From assembly GCF_000315625.1 (NCBI RefSeq), contig NW_005434640.1:380270-444269 (forward strand): DNA of 64,000 bases. The letters are read 5' to 3'. The notes below the pieces were generated by a model. The model was not told the DNA's origin, ran no database searches, and saw nothing but the letters and a program-made list of their open reading frames with translations. Origin of the DNA: Guillardia theta CCMP2712 (lineage: Eukaryota; Protista; Cryptophyta). Of this stretch, positions 33,123 to 45,902 are shown in pieces. Both the position numbers and the translations under genes were made by a program. Position 1 is the stretch's first letter. Every line of letters starts with the position of its first letter.

Positions 33123-36100
33123 TCAGCCGCTCTCCTTCTCTCCCCCCCTCAAGCTCCGGTAGCTCTCCTTCCCGCCAAGCCTCACATGTACTGCAAGCCT
33201 TGCGACTGCTGCTGATAGGGCAGCATGGAAGAGGTTGTCTGCTCGCTGCGTCAGGTACTCCTCGCCTCCTCCTCTCCTCCTCTCACCACAGGACGAGGTG
33301 CCATGCTCGCTAGAGTCGGCAACATCCCCCCCGAAAACGAACCAGCTGGCAACGAACCAGGGAAGGAGGCACGAGACTGCTGGGCCTGACAAGAGTTGCC
33401 GTCACTTGCCGCCTCCTCCTCTCCCCTCTTGTCTCTCACTGCGTTCGACTGCGACTGAGACTGCGTCCGGTTCCCTGCTCCCCCATACCTCAAGCACGCA
33501 AGCTGGTCGGGGACCTTCAAGTCTGTCAGCAGTTGCAAGGGGAGCGATGGAGAGAGGAGGGAAGGAGCAGGGGAGCGGGAAGAGGAAGAGGAGGATGTCA
33601 GATCTCACCTCCAACGGCCTCCAGCAGCCGAAGATGGGGCAGAAGTACTTCTTCTTCTCTCCGTCCTCTGCCTTGGACTCGACCACCATGGGCATCTTGG
33701 GCTGCTCCCATGTCGTCATGTTGGACCCTCTGTTCCAGTAGTAGAGCTTCTGCGTCCTCTCGTCCAGCACGACCTGCCAGCCGTTTGGCAGCGCGCAGAA
33801 TTCGTCGAAGGAAGAGACCCAGTTGGTCTTGTGCTTCCTCTGCTCTATCAGGTGTTGCAGGGCCAGCGGCACCACCTGGGGAGGGTCCATGCAGATCCTC
33901 TCGGAGGCAGCAGCCGAGTCAGCCGACGCTTCGTCCCTCTTCTCCTGCGAATCCTGCGAGCCCCCAGCGTCTTGGGGCTGGAGGTTCTTGCTGTGACAGG
34001 CGTCCAGCGTCTCCTTGAGGTCCGTCTCGAACATCTGCATCGCATCGCTCGCCCACTTGAAGATTGTGCTTCCCTCCTCGTTGTACATGAGCGCGTTCTT
34101 GAACGTGAGCCGCATGTCGGCTGCGACGTCTCCCATGGTCTCGTAAAAGTTCCCCGTCTCAAGCCTGTGCCTGATCGTCCCCAAGTCCATCGGCTCGCGG
34201 ATCACGTCGAGGTAGTCTGAGCAGCCGTCCTCCAGCGGCCGCACCGGCGAGAGGAGCATGCGGCAGTGAGGACGGTTAGTGGACTTGTCCACAAGCTCTT
34301 TGGCAGCCTCGAGGTACTGGGGGACGGAGAGCGGGACATCCTCGCCTGTCTCCCCGTAGCTCTGGTTCACCGCTGACTTGACTTTCATCATCGACGTATC
34401 GACAATCCTCTGCAGGTTCTGCACCATGTCGTACTCGCGCGAGCCGTACTTGAAGTTGGTCACGGCGTTGCGGAGGGCGAGGCGGATGTCAGAGTCGACC
34501 TGCAGAGAGCTGCTGTAGATCCCCAGCTCCATGGAGTAGCGGACGAGCGTCAGGTCCATCGGGTTCACAACCCTCCTCGCGTTGTCCTCGTCTGCGAGGA
34601 AGTCGCCGCCCTCGGACATGAAACTTCCATTTTTGTCCTTGGTCAGCGTCTCGAGCAGCCGCGAGATGAAGTTGAGCTTGCGAGGAATCTTGCTGTAGTA
34701 GAACCTCTGCGACTTCTTGAGCCTGAGCGGCGGAGGTCCCTCCTGCTTCTCCTTGGATAAGGCGTCAACATCCATGTCCTCCGAGCCTGAGATCGCAGCA
34801 AGTGAGCACGAAAGGACTTGAGATGTCTCCTCCTCCTCCTCCTCCTCCNNNNNNNNNNNNNNNNNNNNNNNNNNNNNNNNNNNNNNNNNNNNNNNNNNNN
34901 NNNNNNNNNNNNNNNNNNNNNNNNNNNNNNNNNNNNNNNNNNNNNNNNCCTCCTCCTCCTCCTCCTCCTCCTCCTCCTCCTCCTCCTCCTCCTCCTCCTC
35001 CTCCTCCTCCTCCTCCTCCTCCTCCTCCTCCTCCTCCTCCTCCTCCTCCTCCTCCCCCTCCCCCTCACCCTCACCCTCACCCTTACCTGGCGGTTTGACT
35101 TCGAGGCAGAAGAACCAGCGGAACCTCTGCTCCAGCTCCGCTAGCAGCGTGCAGCTGAACTTCGTCTCCAGCGTGTGCATCGAGAGGTCTGGCTCGCAGT
35201 GCGAGATGGAGGGGGCGGTCGGGAAGTTGGGCTTCTGCCTGGGAGGCAGCTGGAGGATGGTGCCTTGGAGCAACCTCGCGTTCATGTGCAGGGCAGGGTA
35301 GTTGTGCTTGTTGAGAGCAGTAAGAGCTTCTGCCGAGACCTGCGCGCGAGCAGCAGAGATCAGAGAACAGTGAGGCGGAGAGGGGACGAAGGAGAAGACG
35401 CAGGAGGGAGGGAGACGAGAGGAAGAGATATCGGGGGCGGTGGATGTACCCCGAGCTTCTTGGCGATGAGGCGAGGAGTCTCGTCGTCCTCAGCCACGTA
35501 CTCGAGCATCTCCTCATAGTCGTCGTGATCCTCCTGCTCGAAAGCGTCCAAGGAGAACACGTCCCTCCTAGCCGACTCCTCCGCCTGCTGCGGCTCAGCC
35601 TCCCCATCCATCTCCTTCCCGTTCTCTCCATCATCGAAGTTGTCCTCATCCGCGTCGGCAGCTCGCTGGTCAGCTGAAGCTCTCTCTGCCTCCGCCCTCT
35701 TGCCGCTGGCCTCCGTCTCAACCGGGACGGCAGTGAGATCAGCGTGTCCGCGGGATTTCGGAAAATACTTGGAGAAGATCTTACGAACTTCGATCAGAAC
35801 CTTGGCAACCAAGTCAGACAAGTCAACTGAGCGAAGGGGCGGGCAAAACCTCGGCAGGGTTCTCGTACTTGCCGTCCTTGACTTGTTTGATGATCTCCTG
35901 CATCTTGCTGTAGCTGTTCTTCTCTGACTTCTTTTGATTGCTGAAGATCAGCCAGGCACTGCTCATACACTTGCGTTACTCTCCTCCTCCTCCTCCTCCT
36001 CCTCCTCCTCCTCCTCCTCCTCCTCCTCCTCCTCCTCCTCCTCCTCCTCCTCCCAACACCCCTCACTCCTCCAACCTCTTTTCCCCCTAATTATTCGTTT

Positions 36101-39100
36101 CCCTCCTTTCCCTCCCTCTCTCCCCCTCCTCCATTCTCCCTAGAAGATCCACCTGGGCAGTTGAACCACCTCTTCCAGCATCGAGACACACAGCTCCTTC
36201 CAGTCCGCCACCCGCTGAAGCTGAAACGAGGCCTGCAAGAGCGTCAGCGTGCGGCTGTGCCCAACATCCCCCGGCTGACCGTCTGCTGGAGGTCATCCCG
36301 AAACTCTGAGGAAGGCAGCGAGTGATCGCGGAAGATGAAGGAGTGCTGGATGGTCTGAAGGATCTCGTGCGAGAGCTCATGCTCCAGGCTTCCCGACTCA
36401 GCTCCACTCAGCAGGTTCGGGATGATGGTCAACACTGAGCGACTGGACGAGGCGTCAGGAGGAGCAGGCGGAAACTGGAGACTGACATGTCGGCGACGAC
36501 TTCGTCGGAGTTGGAGTAGTATCCATGCTTGAGCAGCACGACGATGGTGTACAGGTCGATCGGGTCGCTCTCCAGCATCAGCAGCCTGCCGGACCGTCAG
36601 AGGAGCTCAGATGGCGAGACGAGCAGACTTCTTGATCCTCGTCGACTCGCCGAGAGGGAAGGTGAAGAAGGGCCAGGCAGCCGGGAGTTTGAAAACTCTG
36701 TTGAGAGTGTGGAGGCACTCAATCAGCCAGACCTCCGGGTCTTCTTCGTTGGGTCCCTTGCCGACCTGAATTTCCCTCCGATCAGCGGGGATGTTTCATC
36801 CCTCAGGGGCGAGAGGAGGAGCGGGCGCGTACCTTGGTGAACTCGTCGATGTCGGACAAGTGAGACAAGCTGGTCTCCTGAAGCCGAGACACTTCCTCCA
36901 TGAAGTCTTTCAAGAACATCTTCCATATCGGTTTCTGGAGGGAACATGTCAAATCTCGACCAGGTTGTCAAATCGGGAGATACGTTTGAGTTTGGAACGC
37001 GGCCATCGCTCTTGAAGCAGTTCAACGCCTGTACGAGAGGAGCGATCAACTTCATACAGGTACCGCGATGATTAAACGGATTTCAACAAGCCATGGGTAT
37101 GAACTTTGAGCATTTCGTTCTCCTTACCTTCCAAAACCGAATCATGAACTTTGCCGGGTGTTTGAAACAGTCAGATTCGATCTCATCTGACAACTTCTCC
37201 AGACTCCTCTGTGAGATCCCGTACTTTCCATCCTCCGAGTTGAAGATGTGATCCTGTACTCTGGACAGGAGCTTTTGCAACCCGTGCTTCCAAGGAAGCT
37301 CCTTTGGGAGCAAGTCAGCTCACTCCTCCTCTTCACAACCACCCACCTGCTTTGTCATCTTGTAGAATTTCCGCGGAAGCTCGAGGAGCGTCTCGTCGCC
37401 TTCGCCCATGAAGACTGACTTGAGGGTTTTCTTGTAATTGCTGCCACGTCCTGACGAGCTCCAGGCTGACTGCAGGGCCTTGTATTTCTGCCGACCTTGT
37501 CACAACTTGTGGACAAGGAGGAGTCCTGGAAGTCACCTGGCTGAACTCAGACTTGAGAAACTTGGCTCTGTTCATGAGCTCGAGGTTTTCAATCCCCTCG
37601 TTTTTGTCTTCACTCGAATTAATGAGCTCAATCACGGTGTCGAAAACGCTGTCCACATCCTGCACCAACATGTCGGCGGTCTCGTACTCCCCCGCGTCCA
37701 GTCGCCCGATGATTTGATCTAAGTCAACGTTCTCAGCTCCCATCTGCTATTTTGTCAAACGAGCCGTGCAGGAGCAGGCGGAAATATCCACCTTGGAAAC
37801 GTAGGCCTCAAGAGCATTCCAGGCGTTTGCCTGCTTTTTGACATCTTCAATCAGCTTCTTGCAGTCCTCAGGCCAGCTGTTCTCCTTGGCAATGAACTCT
37901 CTCTGCATTCCAACTCCAAACTTGGAGTTGGCATCGTCTAGAATCGGCAGGAACTTCAAAGAGTCTTTTCTATCCAGGATGTGCATGAGGTTCTGCGTAA
38001 CATTCTTGGGTGAGCGAGTCGTGACAGTGCAGCGATGGGAGGATGTTGCCTGCCATTCGGTGTTGAAGATCTCTTGCATCTCTTTTGCCATCCCATGCAG
38101 CTGATGCTCCTCTTCGTAATGAGCCATCGCGTTGGAAAACACCGATCGAATGTCCCTCAAGAAGTCCTTGGGGTCAAGGTCAAGCGAAGAAACAACTCCT
38201 CTCTTTCACCTTCCGTCCTCCTCGCGTGTAATCGCCATTGGACAGCTTCTCCATCACAGTCCTGATATCCACATTCCTTTTGGCCTGGTTGGCGGCGTTT
38301 TGATCCGAGAACTGGTTCAATCGTGACCATCAAGATCGTTCGCCTGAGCATGTCTTACCTGCAGAGGCCCCATGAACGCCCACGCGTTCTCGTGCTGCAG
38401 AAAGGTGGTTAGGGAACCTTCGGCTGGAGGTGAAGAAGACACCTGGATCAACTTCTGCATCACTTCATACGCGCCTCCCTTCCATCCCGACTCCTACTCG
38501 AAAATCAGAACTCCTTGAGAGCAACAAGACCTTCCTCGCTCACCTGAACTGCACGCATGTAGACTGGATTGAGAGCTGACGACGACTTGGACCCTTCCTT
38601 GCTCTTTGAATTCGAAGACGTGGGCGGAGTGGCGGTAATCTCCTTCCTACTCGGCGTTGCTCCCGCAGCGTTCGACTTGCGGTTCATTCCGCCCATAGTG
38701 AAGTCAGCGTCATCCATCCGATCTCCTTCATCATTGTTGTAGAGGTCGCCTTGAATCTTGGCCCAGTTTTCCTCGAAGAAATTACTGATCCTTTGAGCAG
38801 CCGCGTTGACCTGTCAGGTAAGTAGCGTCAAAGTCAAAACCTCAAGCTCGATCCTCTCAACCTCTTCTGATTCTCGATGCAGCGATACCGCGTTAGAGAT
38901 GATCTTGCGAACATCCGCTGCGAAGTCGTCGGGCTTCAAGTAATCTCCGTCCTTTACCAAGTGTTAGAGACAAGTTTCTTTTCCTACCTCCAAAGCCCCT
39001 CCCCCCCGCCGCTTCTCCCTCTTTGTCTCTTTCTGTCATTACAGCCAAATAAAAGATACAAACCTCGAGTTTGTTACGAATCTTTCCGAGATCCTAGTAG

Positions 39101-39482
39101 GAGGCTAGTTATGAACACAGAATCTCTTTGCGTCTTAACGCACCAAAGGTTCTTTCACCACGTTGTAGTAATCAGAAGTGCCCATGGTGGAAGTCTCCGC
39201 CTCCTGAGAGGAGGGTCAGCTCAGACCTTGTGTTTGCGCGTGCGCCTAACCTGTTGGAATGGCCAGACATCCTTGTGCCTTAGCAAGCGACTCAAAACTT
39301 TTGATCCCAGCTCCACATTCCACTTGGCGCTTTCCACCGCAGCATAGCCCTGTCACAAGAACGCATCAGGACGCCATCTACGCGCGAGAGCCACTCACCG
39401 TTGACAGTCGCTGACGCTTTGATGCCGGGGACATTGAGTTGATCTCGCTCTGCCGGGAAGACATCTGCTTCCGATTGGACAT
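33123..39482 (-). CDS. Large multi-bromodomain nuclear protein with LysM-like and WW domains (many exons, spans gap 34849-34948; 3' end approximate)
   Basis: Start MSNRKQ...SPASKRQRLST (NLS-like). Bromodomain segments: RHKDVWPFQQ...DYYNVVKEP; HENAWAF...DIRSVFSNA; VDLDQIIGRLDAGEY; DPIDLYTI; NPMDLTLV; canonical DYLDVIREPMDLGTIRHRL...FKNALMYN. WW domain LPNGWQVVLDERTQKLYYWN...TTWEQP. Confidence 0.85.
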
Positions 39483-40605
39483 GCAAGTTGTCCAGGAATC
39501 CACGTGTTTCGGGCAAATTCTTGTTACATGTGCGCGGGTAGCCTTCGCAAGAACACAAAGAGATTAATCTATGTTCAGTAAGATAAAAGAAGTATTCAAT
39601 TTTCTGTGATCGTTGTGTTAAATATTCTCCTCAGAGTGTTAAAGATCTTTAAATCGCCTCCTCCCTGTCTGTACTGCCGTGTCCATTGGAAAGGTCCCAC
39701 GCCTAGGATGGGAGACTGAGACTGATCTCACTTGATCTCTCCCCCATACTATCCTTCCATGCATGCTCTTCTCCCTCGTCCCATCATTCTTCGCTCTCTC
39801 TCTCCCTCTCTTCCTCTTCCCCGCCCACAATTCCGTTATTTATCCGTTATCAATATCGTTATTTTATGATCATGCTGTAACGGAAGCCGGTTCACGGGCC
39901 CGCCGGTTTGACGCCACTGGAACACATCGAGAATGACCAAGAGAAGTTTTACTCAATACTGAAATTTAGCTTAACTTTGAGTAAAGAGTGACTGAAGTTC
40001 CCTATGGGTGGGGTGGTCATTTGTCAGGGTACGAGAGGGTACGGTAATGAGGGCTCGGTATAAAAGGGGGTGGTTTCCAAAGGAAAAGGGGGGTGGAGGA
40101 ATCGGAGGAGTTGAAGAGGTGGGGTGGGCAAGTTCCATGGCTAGAGCGAAAATGTGTAACAATAAGAGCTTTGGCATGAAGTGCAGGAGAAGGGGGGGAG
40201 GAAGAGGAAAGAGGAGGTAGAGGAGGAGGAGAGACAAGAAGAGAGAGGGGCTGAGAGGATGAGGAAGACAAGGGGAGGAAAGGAGTAGGAGGAAGAGAAG
40301 TGGAGGAATGGTACAATGGGTGGACACGAGCCAGTCCAGCCAAGGAATACAAGAAGTCCCCAGGAGTGACACAACTTTAGAAGGTACAAGTGAGGCAGGT
40401 AGCACAGATAGTGATGCCACGATCAAGTTCGATCCTCCGTGATGAAGGACTGACACTGAAGAGCAGGCTCACAAGGAAAACAAGTCTGGCGGGTATTTCA
40501 AGAGCAAGCATGCCACTCGGCGATTCTCTACAGTGCAGTACTATTTTTTAGCCATCTCAACATCTTTCAGCTTCTTCTTCTAGTCGTTCAAAGATTCTCA
40601 CCGCC

Positions 40606-41360
40606 ATGACGTCGAAAGCAGGTTTATTCACCCCTCCCTCATCCAGCTTGGAGCTGATGTTTCCTCCGCAAGCTGCCGGCAAGCGAGCTAGGGGGATCAA
40701 CTTCGATCAGGTGTGCAGGCTGCATGGATGCTTCATGGTCTTCTACGGGCTCGTCGTCTTCCTCTCCTGCGTTGCAGAGCAGTACGAGTCGTTGAGCTGG
40801 CTGACCAACGCGGGCCTGCGGCTGAACCTCCTCTACTCCTCGGCCAGCGGCAAAGACCCTCACGTGAACGCAGTCTACAGGATATTGGCGCTGTGCATGG
40901 CAGCCATCGGAATGTACGAGCTGAAAATCCCTGAGCTGGACGAGAGATACAAGGTTCTAGCTCCTCCCTCGCCTCCCTTGTCCTGACCTCAGGTCGCAGA
41001 ACTACTTCAGCAAGGCTTTCGTCCTCTACTTGCTACCATGCGGCTTGTGCTTCTTCTACGACGCCTCTCAGGTGGCTCATGGTTCCTCCCTTCTCCTCTC
41101 ACTTGTGGGCAGCCGTACGCTGGTCCAATGGCGATCGCCACCGCTATCGTGCCGACCTTCTTTGGGCTGGCAGGAGCTTACACCCTCATCAACAAGTGAG
41201 TTTGAAATGAGCTCTCCGTTAGCCACTTTCATCATCATCCTTGCCTAGATGAAGGATTGCGACCCTTGTTCGAGTCGAACGCTGCTGATACTTGATCGTC
41301 CCCAGCTGCAGGAGAAGAGCGTTCAACATCGACGAGGAGAAGCTGGCTAGCGTGAACTAG
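40606..41360 (+). CDS. Hypothetical ~4-TM membrane protein (multi-exon)
   Basis: Spliced hydrophobic segments LHGCFMVFYGLVVFL, ILALCMAAIGMYEL, AFVLYLLPCGLCFFY and MAIATAIVPTFFGLAGAYTLI. The last exon is uncertain (stop at 41199 or 41360). Confidence 0.55.
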
Positions 41361-41606
41361 TCGCTGCTTTCAAGCACTCTCCTCTACCCACATGTACATA
41401 TCACACCGCAAGAGACGAACCTTAATCTAATCAAAAGTTTTCATCTCATCTCTCCCAGTAGTAGTTCCATGGATTCTGTCGTATCCCGGCAGTTCGAGGA
41501 CGAGACTTCGCCTGCCCCACCCGACAACCGTCAGCCGTCAACGTCCACCGCCCGTTCCCCCGAGACCTGATCATTCGAGATGGCTCCTGCTCCTCCTGCT
41601 GCCCCA

Positions 41607-43833
41607 TCATGATACCATCGACCGATCTGCCCGCTCTCGGTCTGGAACAGCGAGCTGCTTCTCGGATAGGAGGAGAAAGTTTCGGAACTTCTGTGATAGG
41701 GGTGAATCTGGGAAGAGAGGAGGAGGAAAGGAAGGAGGAGGGTAGGGGGAAGGAAAACCTGCTGACTCGTGAACTGTGAGGTCGATGTCGTGGTTGCGGG
41801 GCGTAGATGGAATCATGCCTGGAGGAGATGAGCGAATCCCGACGCGCCTCTCATCATACCGGAACTCGAGGGTGGTGTAAGGAACTTTGATGGTGGAGGA
41901 GGTGACCACTGGGATCGTCTTGCTCCTCCGCTGCTCTTCTCCTGCTCCACGGGCAAGGTAGAGGCAGCGGGATAGGACGTGAGTTCCTTCATGCCCCGCG
42001 CTACTTCCCGCCTACCTGCCGTCCATCCTATAGCAAGCGAGTCCCATCGGCTCGATCCCTGGGCACAAGTCAGCGAGTCGCTGCTTGCCCTCCGCTCACC
42101 TTCCCCGTCCTGTGAGGAGGAGTGGGCAGGCCGTCCATGTCCAGGGGATGCACTCGACTGCGAAGTTTGTGAGCGAGGGAGCGACATGGCGGCGAGAGAC
42201 CTTGAGGAGGCCGCGGAGCTCGGCTCTTCAGAGGTCCCGAGAGACAAGCCGAGGTCAGGAGGGAAACAAGGCAAGAGCTACAAGACCTGGCGCTCGTTTC
42301 AAGTCCAGCTTCGGAACCGCAGTTCGCTTCACTGGCTGCCCCCTCATCCTCCTCTCCTCTATCACCCTGGCGCTCTTCGCGCTCGACTGGAGGGGCTGAG
42401 GCCTGGGGAAAGGATTCTTCTGTGCTGGGAACGTGCCGGTGAGATCAGCAATTCTGAGCTTCGCCAGGGACTGCCAGCTGCTGGGCTGACAGAGGTCGGC
42501 GATCTTGCGGTGGAGGGAGTGGCTGATGGATGTCGATGTGCGAGCCGTGGAAAGAAACTCCTCGTTCCTACCAGAATGAAGTAAAGGGCGAAGCGAGGAA
42601 GGAGAGTACGTGAAGGAGGGAGGAGGGAGGAGGGAGAATCGGAAAATGTGAATGAGCGATCAGGGAAGGAGGAGAGAGGAAGAAGCAGATGGATAAAGAG
42701 AAGGATTCGAGGAGAAGGATTCGAGGAGAAGGAGAGGAGAGGAGACAATAAAATGGCGAGAAGTATCGAGAGGAGAGGAGAGGAGAGGAGAGGAGAGGAG
42801 ATGAGGGGAGGGGAGGGGAGGGGAGAGGAGAGGAGAATGAGGTAGGAGCGGACGTGAGGAGACTGGTAGGAGGGGAGGCACCATGCTGACCTGGAGCGGT
42901 ATTCCATCTTCGCCGCCTGTACCATGATAACGGCTGTAAGACTTNNNNNNNNNNNNNNNNNNNNNNNNNNNNNNNNNNNNNNNNNNNNNNNNNNNNNNNN
43001 NNNNNNNNNNNNNNNNNNNNNNNNNNNNNNNNNNNNNNNNNNNNNNNNNNNNNNNNNNNNNNNNNNNNNNNNNNNNNNNNNNNNNNNNNNNNNNNNNNNN
43101 NNNNNNNNNNNNNNNNNNNNNNNNNNNNNNNNNNNNNNNNNNNNNNNNNNNNNNNNNNNNNNNNNNNNNNNNNNNNNNNNNNNNNNNNNNNNNNNNNNNN
43201 NNNNNNNNNNNNNNNNNNNNNNNNNNNNNNNNNNNNNNNNNNNNNNNNNNNNNNNNNNNNNNNNNNNNNNNNNNNNNNNNNNNNNNNNNNNNNNNNNNNN
43301 NNNNNNNNNNNNNNNNNNNNNNNNNNNNNNNNNNNNNNNNNNNNNNNNNNNNNNNNNNNNNNNNNNNNNNNNNNNNNNNNNNNNNNNNNNNNNNNNNNNN
43401 NNNNNNNNNNNNNNNNNNNNNNNNNNNNNNNNNNNNNNNNNNNNNNNNNNNNNNNNNNNNNNNNNNNNNNNNNNNNNNNNNNNNNNNNNNNNNNNNNNNN
43501 NNNNNNNNNNNNNNNNNNNNNNNNNNNNNNNNNNNNNNNNNNNNNNNNNNNNNNNNNNNNNNNNNNNNNNNNNNGAAGGAGGAGAGAGGAAGAAGCAGCT
43601 TCATCAGAAGATGGTAAAAGATGCACTTGCCCTCGAACAAACCTGAACACCAACACTGGTTAAACGTCTCCCAACCCATCCTCTCGCTAGGAGAGGAGAG
43701 GAGAGGAGATGAGGGGAGGGGAGGGGAGGGGAGAGGAGAGGAGAATGAGGTAGGAGCGGACGTGAGGAGACTGGTAGGAGGGGAGGCACCATGCTGACCT
43801 GGAGCGGTATTCCATCTTCGCCGCCTGTACCAT
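41607..43833 (-). CDS. Hypothetical low-complexity protein (multi-exon, spans gap 42945-43574)
   Basis: First exon MVQAAKMEYRSR is followed by several GT-AG-bounded segments. It is divergent from the SDR gene. No recognisable domain. Confidence 0.35.
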
Positions 43834-43852
43834 GATAACGGCTGTAAGACTT
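42775..43852. repeat. ~165-bp identical direct repeat (42780-42944 and 43689-43852) on both sides of a sequence gap
   Basis: Both copies read ...gagaatgaggtaggagcggacgtgaggagactgg...cggctgtaagactt. Confidence 0.9.
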
Positions 43853-43912
43853 CGAGGTTGATTTTTTCCTAAAATTAGGACCCCTCCCCTCCGACACACT
43901 TATAAGCGCGGC

Positions 43913-45733
43913 ATGTCCATGTTGATCGCCCTTCTCGCGGCGCTGCCTGTGCTGCAGGCGTTCCAACTGCCGTCCTCTCTCCTCTCCCCTCGTCTTCGTC
44001 CCTTCCCCTCCTCCTCCCCTCCTCTCTCTCGCGTCACCCCGCGGAGCATGACGCCGCTGGTGATGAGCGCGCAGTTCGACCGCCGAACGTTTGGCAAGGT
44101 GGCAGGAGGAGCAGCGGCACTTGTCCTTGGCAAGAAAGTGCTCGATGGCGGGGACTACACGGGGACGCCAGACCTAACGGGTCAGGTGGCCGTCGTGACG
44201 GGAGCCAACACGGGGCTGGGCAAGGAGACCTGCATCAGGTAAGGAGGGTAACTCGAAGTTGAGATCTCATGCAAGAGCAGGCTTGCGAAGCTCGGAGCGG
44301 AGGTCGTGCTGGCGAGCAGGAGCAAGGAGCGAGGAGAGAAGGCTGAGAAGGAGATCAGAGCATTGACTGGCAGCGACAAGCTCTCTACCATGGAGCTCGA
44401 CCTGGCGTCTTTGAAGAGCATCGAGCTGTTCGCCTCAGAGCTCAGGAGCAGGCACGACAAGATTGATCTGCTGGTGAACAATGCAGGAGTGATGGCGATC
44501 CCGACGCGCGAGGAGACCAAGGACGGGCTGGAGAGGCAGATCGGGATCAACCACTTCGGGTGAGGAGATGCACTGAGTGAGCCCGGGGGGTCCGACTGAC
44601 ACCAGCCCAGCCACTTCCACCTTACAAACCTCCTCCTCCCTCAGATCAAGAAGGCCTCAGAAAAATCCGGAGATGCTCGCATCATCAACCTCTCCTCCGA
44701 CGCCCACCTCATCGCCTTCAACGGGATGAACTTTGACGACTTGCAGTCCAAGAGCAGCTACGATCCCTGGAAGGTCAGCTCCCTCTGCGCGCTACTGCTC
44801 CCGCCGCGTGACCTCAGCTGACCTCCTACTCTCAGGCCTACGGACAGTCGAAGCTCGCCAACATCCTCTTCACCAAGGAGCTGCAGAGGAGGCTCGGGGC
44901 TGACTCTCCTGTCTCCGCCGCTGCCGTGCACCCTGGCGTTGTGCGCACAGAGCTGGGGTATTGCTGCTGATTCGGAGAGGAGGAATCTGCAAGCTGACAC
45001 TCTCGGTGGTCCAGGAGAAACTTCTTCCTTCCACCCGAGCTCTGCAGCTCTCTTGGCTCTGTGGACTGCAAAGGACAAGTTGTCTTTCCCCACCTCTTTT
45101 CAGTCCCGCCCCCCCCCCCTCTCCCCTAACCCTCCAGGCTTGTTTTCCTCCGCATCCCACTACCACCCCCTTCTGTGTCAACCTCATTCCCCTTCTCAGG
45201 CCCTGCCCTGCCTAACTCAACCCCTTCACATCCTCCCCTCCTACCAACCCCCTTCATTTCTCTTTCGCTCTCTACCGGTCTCTCCCTCTGCCATCATACC
45301 TTCTCACCACCTTCGCTGCTCGTGACTCTCCCCTGCAGCTTCCTCCTGCTGCCCTCGTTGCCGGTGCCGTCTTGCTCCCGTTGGCCGTGTACACGAGCAG
45401 AGACCCAGCTCAGGGAGCACAGACGCAGGTGGAGGAAGGAGGTGGACAGGGTGGATGGGTGACACTGCGGATCAGGTTCGCTGTTCGGTAGACCCCGAGC
45501 TGAAGGGAAAGCTGGGAGGCAGGTGGGAGAGCCCTCAGACCCATACAATGGCGGAAGCTGACTGCTGCTGCTACAGATACTTCCGCGACTGCCATGAGGC
45601 TGCTCCTTCGCCGGCTGCTCAGGTAAGATGCTGGAAGCCTCTGCCTTGAGCTTACCTGGCCTAGGACGCATCCGCTGCCCTCAAGCTCTGGGAAATCAGC
45701 GAGGAACTGACAGGGAGCAAGTTCAACGTCTGA
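43913..45733 (+). CDS. Plastid-targeted short-chain dehydrogenase/reductase (retinol dehydrogenase/Tic32/POR-like family)
   Basis: Signal [17 protein letters not shown] plus Ser/Pro/Arg transit peptide; [45 protein letters not shown] (YxxxK), [24 protein letters not shown]. Confidence 0.92.
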
Positions 45734-45902
45734 GCTGAACCAGATGAGAGTGTGACTTCTGTCGGTTTGTCAACGATTCGTCAGTAAAGACCACTCTACA
45801 CTGGATTGGTGCTGCTTCACTATTATACAAATATCTCTCAACCTCAGCTGCTGGGGGCATGCCGTTCTGCAGCGAACTTCCTTCGGAATGCGTGAATAAC
45901 CT

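Noticed and set aside
34949-35085. Poly-Glu tract in the bromodomain ORF
   Set aside because: It begins right after a GTAAGG donor and abuts a gap, so it is an intronic (GGA)n read through by the ORF caller.
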